Assembly: GCA_044223005.1 (NCBI GenBank)
Contig: JBGAML010000008.1
Coordinates: 129,931 to 193,930, forward strand
Reading direction: 5' to 3'
Source: Candidatus Eiseniibacteriota bacterium
GTDB lineage: Bacteria; Eisenbacteria; RBG-16-71-46
Length of the DNA stretch: 64,000 nt
Each line of letters begins with the position of its first letter. The first letter of the stretch is position 1. This document shows positions 50,571-59,159 of this stretch, in pieces. The notes under the pieces were generated by a model, which was given only the letters and a program-made list of their open reading frames with translations, searched no databases and was not told the origin of the DNA. The position numbers and the translations under genes are program-made.

Positions 50571-51446
50571 TCAGCGCGCCGCCGGCCTCGCCCGCCACGG
50601 CGCCGCGGCTTCGGCCAGCGCCACCGGCAGGCGCGGCGCCCACGTCTCGGGCGCGTGGACGCCTCCGGGCACCTCGACGTACGTCACCGGGTAACCCTTC
50701 CGCACGAGCACGTCGCGCAGGCGCCGGTTCGCCTCGATGAACACCGGGCCGCGGCCCACGGCGTGAATGGTTTCGCGGTCTCCGACCTCGAGGTGGAACC
50801 GCACCGCGGACTTCGGGGCGCGCGCGAACTGGTCGGTGAGCCACTCCCATGGCTCGCTCGCACCCTCGTTCCCGCGCCAGAAGGCACCGCTCTGCGACAG
50901 CACGATCCCGAAGCGGTCCGGGCGTCGGAACGCGGCGTAGGCCGCTGCGAGCCCGCCGGCGCTCGAACCGGTGACGAGCACGTGCGCCGGATCGCGCCGC
51001 GCGTGCCAGTGCGCCTGCATCCACGGGAGCAGTTCGTCGCCGAGGAACTTCGCGAAGCGTGCGTGGTTCGCGAGATCGCCCAGGCGATCCTCCGAATCGT
51101 CCACCATCACCGCCACGCAGGGCGGCAGCGCGCCGGCGAGGGTGAGCGAATCGAGCGCGTGCGGCAGGCCCATCGAGTCGCGGTAGGCCTCGCCGTCGAA
51201 CGCGACGACCAGCGGGTAGGTGATCTGCGTCTCGACGTCGAATCGCTCGGGGGCGTAGACCCAGACGCGGCGCGGCTTGCCGTAGACGCGGCTCGGGACC
51301 TGCTGCTCCTGGACGAAGCTGGCGACGTCGCGCGGCGGCGCGAGCGTGTGGGACGAGCGGGCCGCGGGAGCCGCGTGCACGGCCGGAAGGGAAGCGAGCG
51401 CGGCGAGCAGCGCGGCCGCGGCCACGAAGACGGGGCGGAGCTTCAC
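50571..51446 (-). CDS. Exported enterochelin-esterase-like alpha/beta hydrolase
   Basis: Signal peptide; RRVWVYAP, FDGEAY, GSSAGG nucleophile, SQSGAFW, GVH. Confidence 0.85.
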   Translation of the reverse strand: MKLRPVFVAAAALLAALASLPAVHAAPAARSSHTLAPPRDVASFVQEQQVPSRVYGKPRRVWVYAPERFDVETQITYPLVVAFDGEAYRDSMGLPHALDSLTLAGALPPCVAVMVDDSEDRLGDLANHARFAKFLGDELLPWMQAHWHARRDPAHVLVTGSSAGGLAAAYAAFRRPDRFGIVLSQSGAFWRGNEGASEPWEWLTDQFARAPKSAVRFHLEVGDRETIHAVGRGPVFIEANRRLRDVLVRKGYPVTYVEVPGGVHAPETWAPRLPVALAEAAAPWRARPAAR

Positions 51447-51529
51447 GGTGTTCTCCTCGTCGCGGCCGACGGGTGGGAAGATGGAGGCCGCAATCTAGCC
51501 CACGTGGGCCCACGCGTGCAGCAGCGGAT

Positions 51530-52429
51530 TCAGCGCCGCTTCAGCTCCTCGAGCTCTTCCAGCGTCCGCGGCCAGTCCGAGCGCAGCAGCCGCGAGAGCC
51601 CGCGATCGGCGAGCAGCCGGCCGCCCGTCTGGCAGCGCGCGCAGTAGTTGGTCTCGTTCTCGGCGTACCGGATCCGCTGCACCGGCGCGCCGCAGTCGGG
51701 GCAGGGCTGGCGGTACCGGCCGTGCACTGCCATGCCGTCGCGGAACGCGGTCACGTGCTCCGGGAAGCGTTCGCCCGATTCCGCGCGGAGCCGCTCCGTC
51801 CACGCGAGCAGCGTTTCGCGCACCGCCGCGTGCAGGCGCGTAATCTCGTCGTCCGCGAGCTGCGACGTGCGCCGCAGCGGCGAGAGTCGCGCGCGGTGCA
51901 GGATCTCGTCGGAGTAGCTGTTGCCGATCCCGGCGAAGAGCCGCGGATCGGTGAGCGCGCGCTTCATCGTGTGGTCTTCGCTCCGGAGCCGCTCCGCGAA
52001 TGCCTCCGCGGAAACCGCCAGCGGCTCGAGCCCGCCCGCGTCGAGCGCCGCGAGTTCCGATTCGTCGGCGAGCACGTGCAGCGCCGCGCGCTGCTTCGTG
52101 CCGGCCTCCGTGAGCGTCAGCGTGCCGCGCTCGAACGCGAACGCCGCGAGCAGCGCGCGCCCCGCGGGTGCCTTCGGCGGCTCCAGCCAGTGCAGCCGCC
52201 CCGCGATCATCAGGTGCAGCGCGAGGAAGCGCCCGCCCTCGAACGCGAGCACGAGCCGCTTGCCGAGCCGCCGCACGCCGGTGACGCGAAGCCCGACCAG
52301 GCTCTCGAGCGGCGGCTCGAACGTGCGCAGCAGGTTCAGGCCGCGCACGGTGGCGCGCTCGAGCGCCGTGCCCGTGACGCGGCGCTCCAGGTGTTCGACA
52401 TAGACGGTGAGATCGGGCAGCTCGGGCAC
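51530..52429 (-). CDS. Fpg/Nei family DNA glycosylase
   Basis: N-terminal PELPD, RRLGK, HLMIAG, GIGNSYSDEIL, zinc finger CPDC...CARCQ. Confidence 0.93.
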   Translation of the reverse strand: MPELPDLTVYVEHLERRVTGTALERATVRGLNLLRTFEPPLESLVGLRVTGVRRLGKRLVLAFEGGRFLALHLMIAGRLHWLEPPKAPAGRALLAAFAFERGTLTLTEAGTKQRAALHVLADESELAALDAGGLEPLAVSAEAFAERLRSEDHTMKRALTDPRLFAGIGNSYSDEILHRARLSPLRRTSQLADDEITRLHAAVRETLLAWTERLRAESGERFPEHVTAFRDGMAVHGRYRQPCPDCGAPVQRIRYAENETNYCARCQTGGRLLADRGLSRLLRSDWPRTLEELEELKRR

Positions 52430-52494
52430 GCGCGACGGCCTCCGGCTCGGGGTCCGGGCGGCAGTCTAGCCGGAACGCGCCGGACGCTCGCAGG

Positions 52495-53235
52495 TTACCG
52501 GTACAACGCCTTCAGCCGGCCCCAGGTGCTCGCGAGCGTCGGCGTGGGATTGCCGAAGCTCGTCAGCTGGTAGAGGTCGCCGTTCGACCACTGCACGACA
52601 CCGACCGCGCGGGCGAACCAGTCTCTTGGTGTTGCCGTGGCCGCCGCGGCCTTCGTCGTCGCGGAGACGCGGTGACCATCGAGCGTGAACGTCCCGATGC
52701 CGGAAGCCAACGTGCTGGCCGGGCCGTTCGGAATCCAGCCGATGGCGACGGCTTCGAAGCTGCCCGCCGGCAGCGTGAGCGTCGGTAGCTCGAGCGCGGA
52801 GTAGGTGGCGGTGCCAGTGCCGTAGACCGTTTCGCCCGGCATTTCGTAGGCCACGAAAGTTGTCGTCCACGTCTCGGCCAGAATCGGGGCGCCGCCGCAG
52901 TAGACGATGGGAGGGTCGTACGCGAGCGAGAGAGGGATGTTGGGGTTATCGAACCCCGCGAGCAGCACCTCGCCCGACGGCCCGGTCATCCACCAGTTGT
53001 CGAGGCCGGCGTCGGGGCCCTGGAACTCGTGCTTCACGGCGACCGTGCGACCGCGCACTTCGAGCGTGCCCGTGATGCCCTGCACGTCGATCGTGCCGCC
53101 CGGGCCCACGTACTCCCAGTGGTTGCCCACGTCGAGCGGCATCATCGGCGGGAGCGCGACGGCGGCTGCGGTGCGAGCTCCGGCCACGATCAGAAGCGTC
53201 GTCGCGAGAAGGAAGGAGAGTCGGCGAAGCATCAT
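52495..53235 (-). CDS. Secreted hypothetical protein (DUF3108-like beta fold) with C-terminal STWGRLKALYR
   Basis: GGAGG RBS; signal peptide; MPLDVGNHWEY, TLPAGSFEA; C-terminal tail. Confidence 0.75.
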   Translation of the reverse strand: MMLRRLSFLLATTLLIVAGARTAAAVALPPMMPLDVGNHWEYVGPGGTIDVQGITGTLEVRGRTVAVKHEFQGPDAGLDNWWMTGPSGEVLLAGFDNPNIPLSLAYDPPIVYCGGAPILAETWTTTFVAYEMPGETVYGTGTATYSALELPTLTLPAGSFEAVAIGWIPNGPASTLASGIGTFTLDGHRVSATTKAAAATATPRDWFARAVGVVQWSNGDLYQLTSFGNPTPTLASTWGRLKALYR

Positions 53236-53460
53236 GCGTCCTCCGGGGGATGGTGGGTGCATGGTTCGGCGGTCCCGTCGGCGGAGCACCGCCCTTGCGA
53301 CGAGACGCCGAGGCCGCCACGTGCGGCCCGGGGGACACGTTCATGATACCCCCGGGTGGTTGCGGCCGAGTCGAGGATTCGGGCGAGCGGACACCCACTT
53401 CGCCCGCCGACCGGTGGCGCGCGGCGCTCGTCGAGGCTCGCTACGCGCCACCGATCGCCG

Positions 53461-54168
53461 TCACCGGTACAGCGCCTTGAGCCGGCCCCACGTGCTGCCT
53501 TGCGTCGGCGTCGGCATGCCGTAGGACGCGAGGTGCATCGTGGTCATCGTGAGCCCGTTCGAGTACGGGGACTCGGCCACGCCCAGCTGGGGTGCGAAGA
53601 GCATGTTGTAGGTGGTCGACGCCGGCCCGACGGGATCCACCGAGCGCGCGCCCGGCACGGCCGCGGCCGTGTAGTTCTCGGTGACGTTCAACGCGACGAT
53701 GTGCAGCACCCCGGCGGGTTCGATCACGTCGCCTTCCTGCACGACGTCGACGGTCAGTGTGAGGTGATAGTTCACCACACCCGTTTCGCCGATCGCGTTC
53801 GTGTTCGTGGTCCACGAGTCCCCGACCTGCGGGTTCGCGCCGAGGAAGACCACGGGCGGGTCGTACGTGATGCCCGTCACGTTGCCGACGCTGCCGAGGC
53901 CGGCCAGCAGCAGGTCGCCGTTGGGCGCGATCGTCCACCAATCCGCGCGGCCGTGGCCGTCGAGGTTGTCGCGCTGGTAGGCGGTCTGGCCGAGCGCAGT
54001 CGTCACGGGGCCGCTCATCACGAGGTCGAACGAACTGCCGTCCTCGTTGGCGTAGTGCCACGTGTAGCCCGTCCACAGCGGCATGATCGGCGCGGGGACC
54101 GAGGCGAGAGCCGGCCTTTCGGCGGCGAGGACGAGGACCATCGCGAGCATCGCGAGACGTGGGGTCAC
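53461..54168 (-). CDS. Paralog of the adjacent gene with C-terminal STWGRLKALYR
   Basis: GGAGG RBS before GTG; MPLWTGYTWHY, WW...G.LLLAG, YDPP.V, WTT shared with its neighbour. Confidence 0.75.
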   Translation of the reverse strand: MTPRLAMLAMVLVLAAERPALASVPAPIMPLWTGYTWHYANEDGSSFDLVMSGPVTTALGQTAYQRDNLDGHGRADWWTIAPNGDLLLAGLGSVGNVTGITYDPPVVFLGANPQVGDSWTTNTNAIGETGVVNYHLTLTVDVVQEGDVIEPAGVLHIVALNVTENYTAAAVPGARSVDPVGPASTTYNMLFAPQLGVAESPYSNGLTMTTMHLASYGMPTPTQGSTWGRLKALYR

Positions 54169-54379
54169 GGGAGCCTCCCAAACGATATTCGGGGGAGAAC
54201 GTTCCCGGTCCTCTTTCGCGAGCGTATGCGGGAGCCAAACGCCGGTCAACCACGAAACGGCACGCTCGTGGGCTGCAGCGCGTTCGGCGTTTCGCTAGAC
54301 TTTCCGGGAAACCTCAGAGGGGCGTGCCATGCGCACGCCGGCCTCGCGACCTGCTCCGACATCTCCCGGGGGAACCCCC

Positions 54380-57300
54380 ATGCGCCGCCTTCTCGCCGCC
54401 GCGCTCCTCGCGGCCGCGCTCGCCGTCCCGGCTTCGGCCGCGACGCCGCGCGACACCGCGCCCGCCGCCACCGCCACGAACCCGCCGATCTACGTCGCGT
54501 TCCTCTGGCACATGCACCAGCCGATCTACTGGCCGTACGAGAACGTGACGACCACCCAGGCCAACGCGCGCTACTCGTACTCGGTCGTCGACATCTTCAA
54601 CCAGCGCATCGGCCCGTACACGTCGTGGCCGTCGGACGCCGTGTGGAAGGGCATCAACGCCGGCATGGGGCACTTCGGCGCGCAGGTGAGCTTCTCGGGC
54701 TCGCTGCTCGAGAACCTCGACAACCTGGAAGCGGGTGGCAACGGCAACTTCCAGAACTGGAAGAGCGCCTGGAACAACATCAAGAACCAGAACACCACGC
54801 TCGGGCATCCGCGCCTCGACCTGGTCGGCTTCGGCTACCACCATCCGCTGATGGGGCTCATCGATTCGATCGACGTGCAGAAGCAGGTCGACGCACACCG
54901 CACGCGGATCGAGTCCGAGATCTCGGCGTCGCGCAGCAAGGGCATCTTCCCGCCCGAGAACGCGTTCACCGAGCGCATGATCCCCGCGCTGCGCGCCGAG
55001 GGGATCGACTGGGCGCTGGTGGACAACGTGCACTTCGACCGCGCGGCGGCGAGCTATCCGTTCAACACGAGCGGCAACCTCTACGAGCCCAACAAGGCCG
55101 ACGTCCGGAACCCGAATCCGTCGGACTGGGTGGGGCTGCAGAACGTGTGGGCGCCGACGCAGATCTCGGGCGGCTGGGGACACCGGCCGCACTGGATGCA
55201 GTACCGCGATCCCGCGACCGGGCAGGCCTACCGCATGATCGCGGTGCCGGCCGACCGCTACATGGGCAACGAGGACGGCCGCGGCGGCTTCGGCGCGCTG
55301 CAGTACGACGCGGTGATGAGCCAGATCGCGTCGTACAACACCGACCCCTCGCATCCGCTGCTCGTGGTGCTCGCGCACGACGGCGACAACTATGGCGGCG
55401 GCACGGACAGCTACTACCACTCCAACTTCCAGAACTTCGTCGACTGGCTGGGCGCGAACCCGAGCCGGTTCGTGTGCACGACCGTCGAGGACTACCTGCA
55501 GATGTTCCCGCCGGACACGAGCGACGTGATCCACGTCGAGCCCGGCGCGTGGAGCGGCGCCGACAACGGCGATCCGCAGTTCAAGAAGTGGCTCGGCGAT
55601 CCCGGCGCCAACGGCTACAGCCCGGACTACAACTCGTGGGCCGTCGTCACCGCGGCCAAGAACTGGGTGCTGACCGCGGAGCAGGTCGCGCCGGGATCGG
55701 CCAATACGCAGAACGCGTGGCACTACCTGATGAATGCCGAGGCGAGCGACTACTGGTACTGGGACGGCTCGCAGAACGGCATCTGGGACTCGCACCCCAC
55801 GCGCGCCGTGAACCAGGCGCTGCCGTACGCGCAGGCCGCGGTCGCGACCGGCACCGACCACACGGGGCCGACGATCTTCGTGCCGCAGCGCAAGCCCTAC
55901 AATCCCGGCGGCACCGAGTGGGGGATCTCGCAGGCGTCGGACTTCACCGTGTGGTCGTACGTCTACGATCTCTCCGGGCTGGCCTCGGTGACGCTCGAGT
56001 ACCGGCTCGATGCGGACGGCGCGATCGCCGTGAACGCGCCCGCCAACGACACCTACGCCGGCGGCGCCGGCGTCGGCGCCTGGCAGTCGATCGCCTGCGC
56101 GTCGAGCGACATCGCGTCCACCACGAGCCCCGCGCCGCTCTACCGCGCGCTCCAGTGGAGCGCCGCGGTGACCGGGCTCACGAACCAGCTCGTGGACTAC
56201 TACGTCGAAGCGGTCGACGCGCTCGGCAACGTGAGCCGCTCACCGATCCAGCACGTGTGGGTCGGCACCGCGGGCACGGGCGGCGGCACCGGCGTCTCGT
56301 ATGCGCCGACGGCGCCGACGATCGCCGATTCCATCCGCATCACCGTCGCTGGCACCACCTCGCCCGCGAAGCTCCACTGGGGCGTCAACGGCTGGCAGCT
56401 GCCGATCGCCGCCTACCGTCCCGCGGGCACCGCGCTCTTCAACGGTACGGGTCCGGCGGTGGAAACCCCGATGAACGTGGTCGGCGGCAACCTCACGCTC
56501 ACGCTGGGGCCGCTGAACAACGCGGGCCAGAACGTGACCGCGCTCGACTTCGTGATCCACTACGACAGCGGTTCGTACGACAACAACGGCGGCGCCGACT
56601 GGCACGTGCCCGTGACCGGTGGCACCTCGGCCAAGGTGTACGTGATGGACGGCGCGCTCGACGCCGGCGTCACGAAGGTCGCGACCAACGCCGGCGTGGA
56701 CCTGTGGGTCGACTGGAACGGCAGCGACCTCTACCTCGCGACCGAGTCCGCGAACGGCACCGCAAACGACGTGTTCCTGTTCGTGGCCGGCTCGCGCGGC
56801 GCGCTCACCGCCGCGCCGTGGGCGAAGGCCGGGCAGGTCGGGCAGTGGTCGGCGGTGCTCGGCAACGAGAGCACCAACAACTACTGCGGCTGGGGCAACA
56901 ACGTCGCGACCGTGCACCAGGCCGCCGGCGCGACGCTCGAGGGCACGATCAACCTCGCCGGCCAGTTGGGCAGCGTCCCCGCCGTCGTCTACGCGGCGGC
57001 CGGCCGCTGGGCCACCGCCAACGGTGGCGCCCTCGCCGCGCAGTGCCCCGCGGGCAACGCCGACGCCAACCTGGACGGCGCCGAGTACTACGCGTTCGCA
57101 CTCTCGACCGCCGGCGTGACGCCGCTCGGCCGCGCGGGCTTGGCGAGCCTGATGCCGGTCGCGCCCAACCCCGTGCGTTCGTCGGCGCAGCTCGCGTGGG
57201 TGCTGCCGCACGCGGGCGAGGCGTCGCTCGAGGTGTACGACGTGCGCGGCCGCCGCGTCGCGACCCTGGCGTCGGGCCCGCAGGCCGCGGGAGCGCACAC

Positions 57301-57400
57301 CGCCACGTGGGACGCCGCCCAGGTGCCGGCCGGCGTCTACTTCCTGACGCTGCGCGCCGGAGCCGAGCGGAGCACGCGGCGGGTGATGGTGGTGCGGTAA
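54380..57400 (+). CDS. Secreted GH57-like alpha-glucanase with starch-binding CBM-like module and C-terminal sorting domain
   Basis: FLWHMHQP, FPPENAF, HDGDN, AEASDYWYW; CBM-like LHWGVNGW...YDNNGGADW; CTD APNP...YDVRGRRV...GVYFL. Confidence 0.8.
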   Translation: MRRLLAAALLAAALAVPASAATPRDTAPAATATNPPIYVAFLWHMHQPIYWPYENVTTTQANARYSYSVVDIFNQRIGPYTSWPSDAVWKGINAGMGHFGAQVSFSGSLLENLDNLEAGGNGNFQNWKSAWNNIKNQNTTLGHPRLDLVGFGYHHPLMGLIDSIDVQKQVDAHRTRIESEISASRSKGIFPPENAFTERMIPALRAEGIDWALVDNVHFDRAAASYPFNTSGNLYEPNKADVRNPNPSDWVGLQNVWAPTQISGGWGHRPHWMQYRDPATGQAYRMIAVPADRYMGNEDGRGGFGALQYDAVMSQIASYNTDPSHPLLVVLAHDGDNYGGGTDSYYHSNFQNFVDWLGANPSRFVCTTVEDYLQMFPPDTSDVIHVEPGAWSGADNGDPQFKKWLGDPGANGYSPDYNSWAVVTAAKNWVLTAEQVAPGSANTQNAWHYLMNAEASDYWYWDGSQNGIWDSHPTRAVNQALPYAQAAVATGTDHTGPTIFVPQRKPYNPGGTEWGISQASDFTVWSYVYDLSGLASVTLEYRLDADGAIAVNAPANDTYAGGAGVGAWQSIACASSDIASTTSPAPLYRALQWSAAVTGLTNQLVDYYVEAVDALGNVSRSPIQHVWVGTAGTGGGTGVSYAPTAPTIADSIRITVAGTTSPAKLHWGVNGWQLPIAAYRPAGTALFNGTGPAVETPMNVVGGNLTLTLGPLNNAGQNVTALDFVIHYDSGSYDNNGGADWHVPVTGGTSAKVYVMDGALDAGVTKVATNAGVDLWVDWNGSDLYLATESANGTANDVFLFVAGSRGALTAAPWAKAGQVGQWSAVLGNESTNNYCGWGNNVATVHQAAGATLEGTINLAGQLGSVPAVVYAAAGRWATANGGALAAQCPAGNADANLDGAEYYAFALSTAGVTPLGRAGLASLMPVAPNPVRSSAQLAWVLPHAGEASLEVYDVRGRRVATLASGPQAAGAHTATWDAAQVPAGVYFLTLRAGAERSTRRVMVVR

Positions 57401-57429
57401 GCGCCGGCGGCTCGACGCGAGCCGGAAGA

Positions 57430-57471
57430 CGAGGCCGCGAGCGCAATTCGCGCCCGCGGCCTCGCTCGTTT
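57430..57471 (+). terminator. Rho-independent terminator-like hairpin
   Basis: cgaggccgcgagcgc-aattc-gcgcccgcggcctcg followed by ctcgttt. Confidence 0.55.
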
Positions 57472-57696
57472 CGGAATCGACAACTCCGCGGGATAGCGCA
57501 TTCCTTCTCAACTGCCGACGCCACACCGCCTTTTGGACCATCGCCGGAGAGGGAACGCCTCGGGCAAGATCCGGAATGTACCTCCGTAGTTTTGCGTAGA
57601 AGGAACGGAGCCCCTAATCTTCGCGACGGATTCCAGCACCCCCCGGCTGGACTGGACGGACCCACAACGAACCTCTGGACCCAAGGAGAAGAACCC

Positions 57697-58377
57697 ATGC
57701 ACGCGCGACACCAGCTCCCCAAGTTGGCGATCATCGTGCTCATGCTCTGTGTCGCGGGCGCCGCGTTCGCGTTCCCGAGCGTGGCCCGCAAGACCAAGAT
57801 GTCCTGCGCGACCTGCCACTCGAACGCTTCCGGCGGTGCGGACCTGACGGACGCCGGCAAGGCGTTCAAGGCCGACAACGCGAAGGTCCCGGCCGCGTCG
57901 GCCGAGGGCGCGACCTACGTCGGCAGCCAGAAGTGCCGCATGTGCCACAAGGCCCAGCACGAGGCCTGGGGCACGACCAAGCACGCGAAGGCCTTCGAGG
58001 CGCTGGTCAGCGGTGACAAGGCGATCATGGACGCGCAGGCCAAGGCGCTCGGCATCACGCTGAGCGGTTCCGCGGCGACCAACGACGCGTGCCTCGCCTG
58101 CCACGCGACGGGCGCGGGCCTGGGTGGTTACCCGCCGTCGGATACGACCAAGACCGCGTCGTACGCGGCGGTCGGCTGCGAGATGTGCCACGGCCCGGGC
58201 AGCAAGCACGTCGCGGCGCCGAAGGAAGAGAAGAAGAACTTCATCGCGGTCTCCAAGACCGACGCGATGTGCAAGGACTGCCACACCGCGGCGATGAGCC
58301 CGAAGTTCAACTTCGACGAGTACAAGAAGAACGGCGTGCACGTGGTGCCGGCGGCGACGGACGCCCCCGCCAAGTAG
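57697..58377 (+). CDS. Periplasmic pentaheme cytochrome c (N-terminal monoheme module + c554-like tetraheme)
   Basis: AAGGAG RBS; signal peptide; CATCH, CRMCH, CLACH, CEMCH, CKDCH; YVGS..C, VGCE.CHGPG. Confidence 0.9.
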   Translation: MHARHQLPKLAIIVLMLCVAGAAFAFPSVARKTKMSCATCHSNASGGADLTDAGKAFKADNAKVPAASAEGATYVGSQKCRMCHKAQHEAWGTTKHAKAFEALVSGDKAIMDAQAKALGITLSGSAATNDACLACHATGAGLGGYPPSDTTKTASYAAVGCEMCHGPGSKHVAAPKEEKKNFIAVSKTDAMCKDCHTAAMSPKFNFDEYKKNGVHVVPAATDAPAK

Positions 58378-58399
58378 GCGCGTTCTCCGATTCACCGAA

Positions 58400-58434
58400 C
58401 GGGAGGCCGGTTCCGCCGGCCTCCCGATTCGTTT
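58400..58434 (+). terminator. Rho-independent terminator
   Basis: cgggaggccgg-ttccg-ccggcctcccg followed by attcgttt. Confidence 0.7.
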
Positions 58435-58579
58435 GCGCGGCAGCGTGCTCCCGCGCCGGCGCCGCGTCCGCGTCGCCCGGCCGGTGAAGGTCGGGTTCCT
58501 GCTCCCGCGGGCCGCGTGTTCCCATCATGGGGTGCGATGCGCGGGTTCACGCGCGCCGCGCGAACGGAGGAACGCCATC

Positions 58580-59041
58580 ATGCAGACGCTGGAACCCGTC
58601 GTGGCCAGCCTGCCGCTGTTTTCGGGAATGAAGGAAGAGCACGTCGTGCTGGTCGCAGGCTGTGCTCGGAACGTGCGCTTCGAGCCCGGCGAGTACGTCG
58701 GCCGCCTCGGCGAGACCGCCGACCGCTTCTGGGTCGTGCGCGAGGGCCGCGTGGCGCTGCAGGTTCACACCGGCGACCGGGGCCCGCTCACGGTGCAGAC
58801 CGTCGGCGAGAACGAAGTGCTCGGCTGGTCGTGGATGGTGCCGCCGTACCAGTGGCACTTCGACGCGCGGGCACTGACGCCCGTGCGCGCGATCGTGTTC
58901 GATGGCCGCTGCCTGCGCGATCACTTCCGCGACGACTACGAGCTCGGCTACGAGCTCGTCCGGCGGTTCTCGCAGGTGATCGTGGGCCGCGTGCAGTCGC
59001 TGGCGCAGCAGGTGGTGGGGCCGGCGCCCGAACGCCGCTGA
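58580..59041 (+). CDS. Stand-alone cyclic-nucleotide-binding domain protein
   Basis: GGAGG RBS; LPLFSG, FEPGE, GETADRFWVVREGRV, VLGWSW; no HTH. Confidence 0.85.
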   Translation: MQTLEPVVASLPLFSGMKEEHVVLVAGCARNVRFEPGEYVGRLGETADRFWVVREGRVALQVHTGDRGPLTVQTVGENEVLGWSWMVPPYQWHFDARALTPVRAIVFDGRCLRDHFRDDYELGYELVRRFSQVIVGRVQSLAQQVVGPAPERR

Positions 59042-59159
59042 CGCCGCGGCCATCGGCGCGCTCGCGCCCCGCGGCTCATGCCGCGGGTCCGCCGGGCCGA
59101 TAACGACCGTGCACGGGCCGAACCCCCACGGCTGCCGTTCGACCCCACCCGGAGTGCAC

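Noticed and set aside
53356..58377. 1673-aa ORF ending in a multiheme cytochrome
   Set aside because: Only 57697-58377 is credible (RBS, signal peptide). The rest shadows the GH57 gene.
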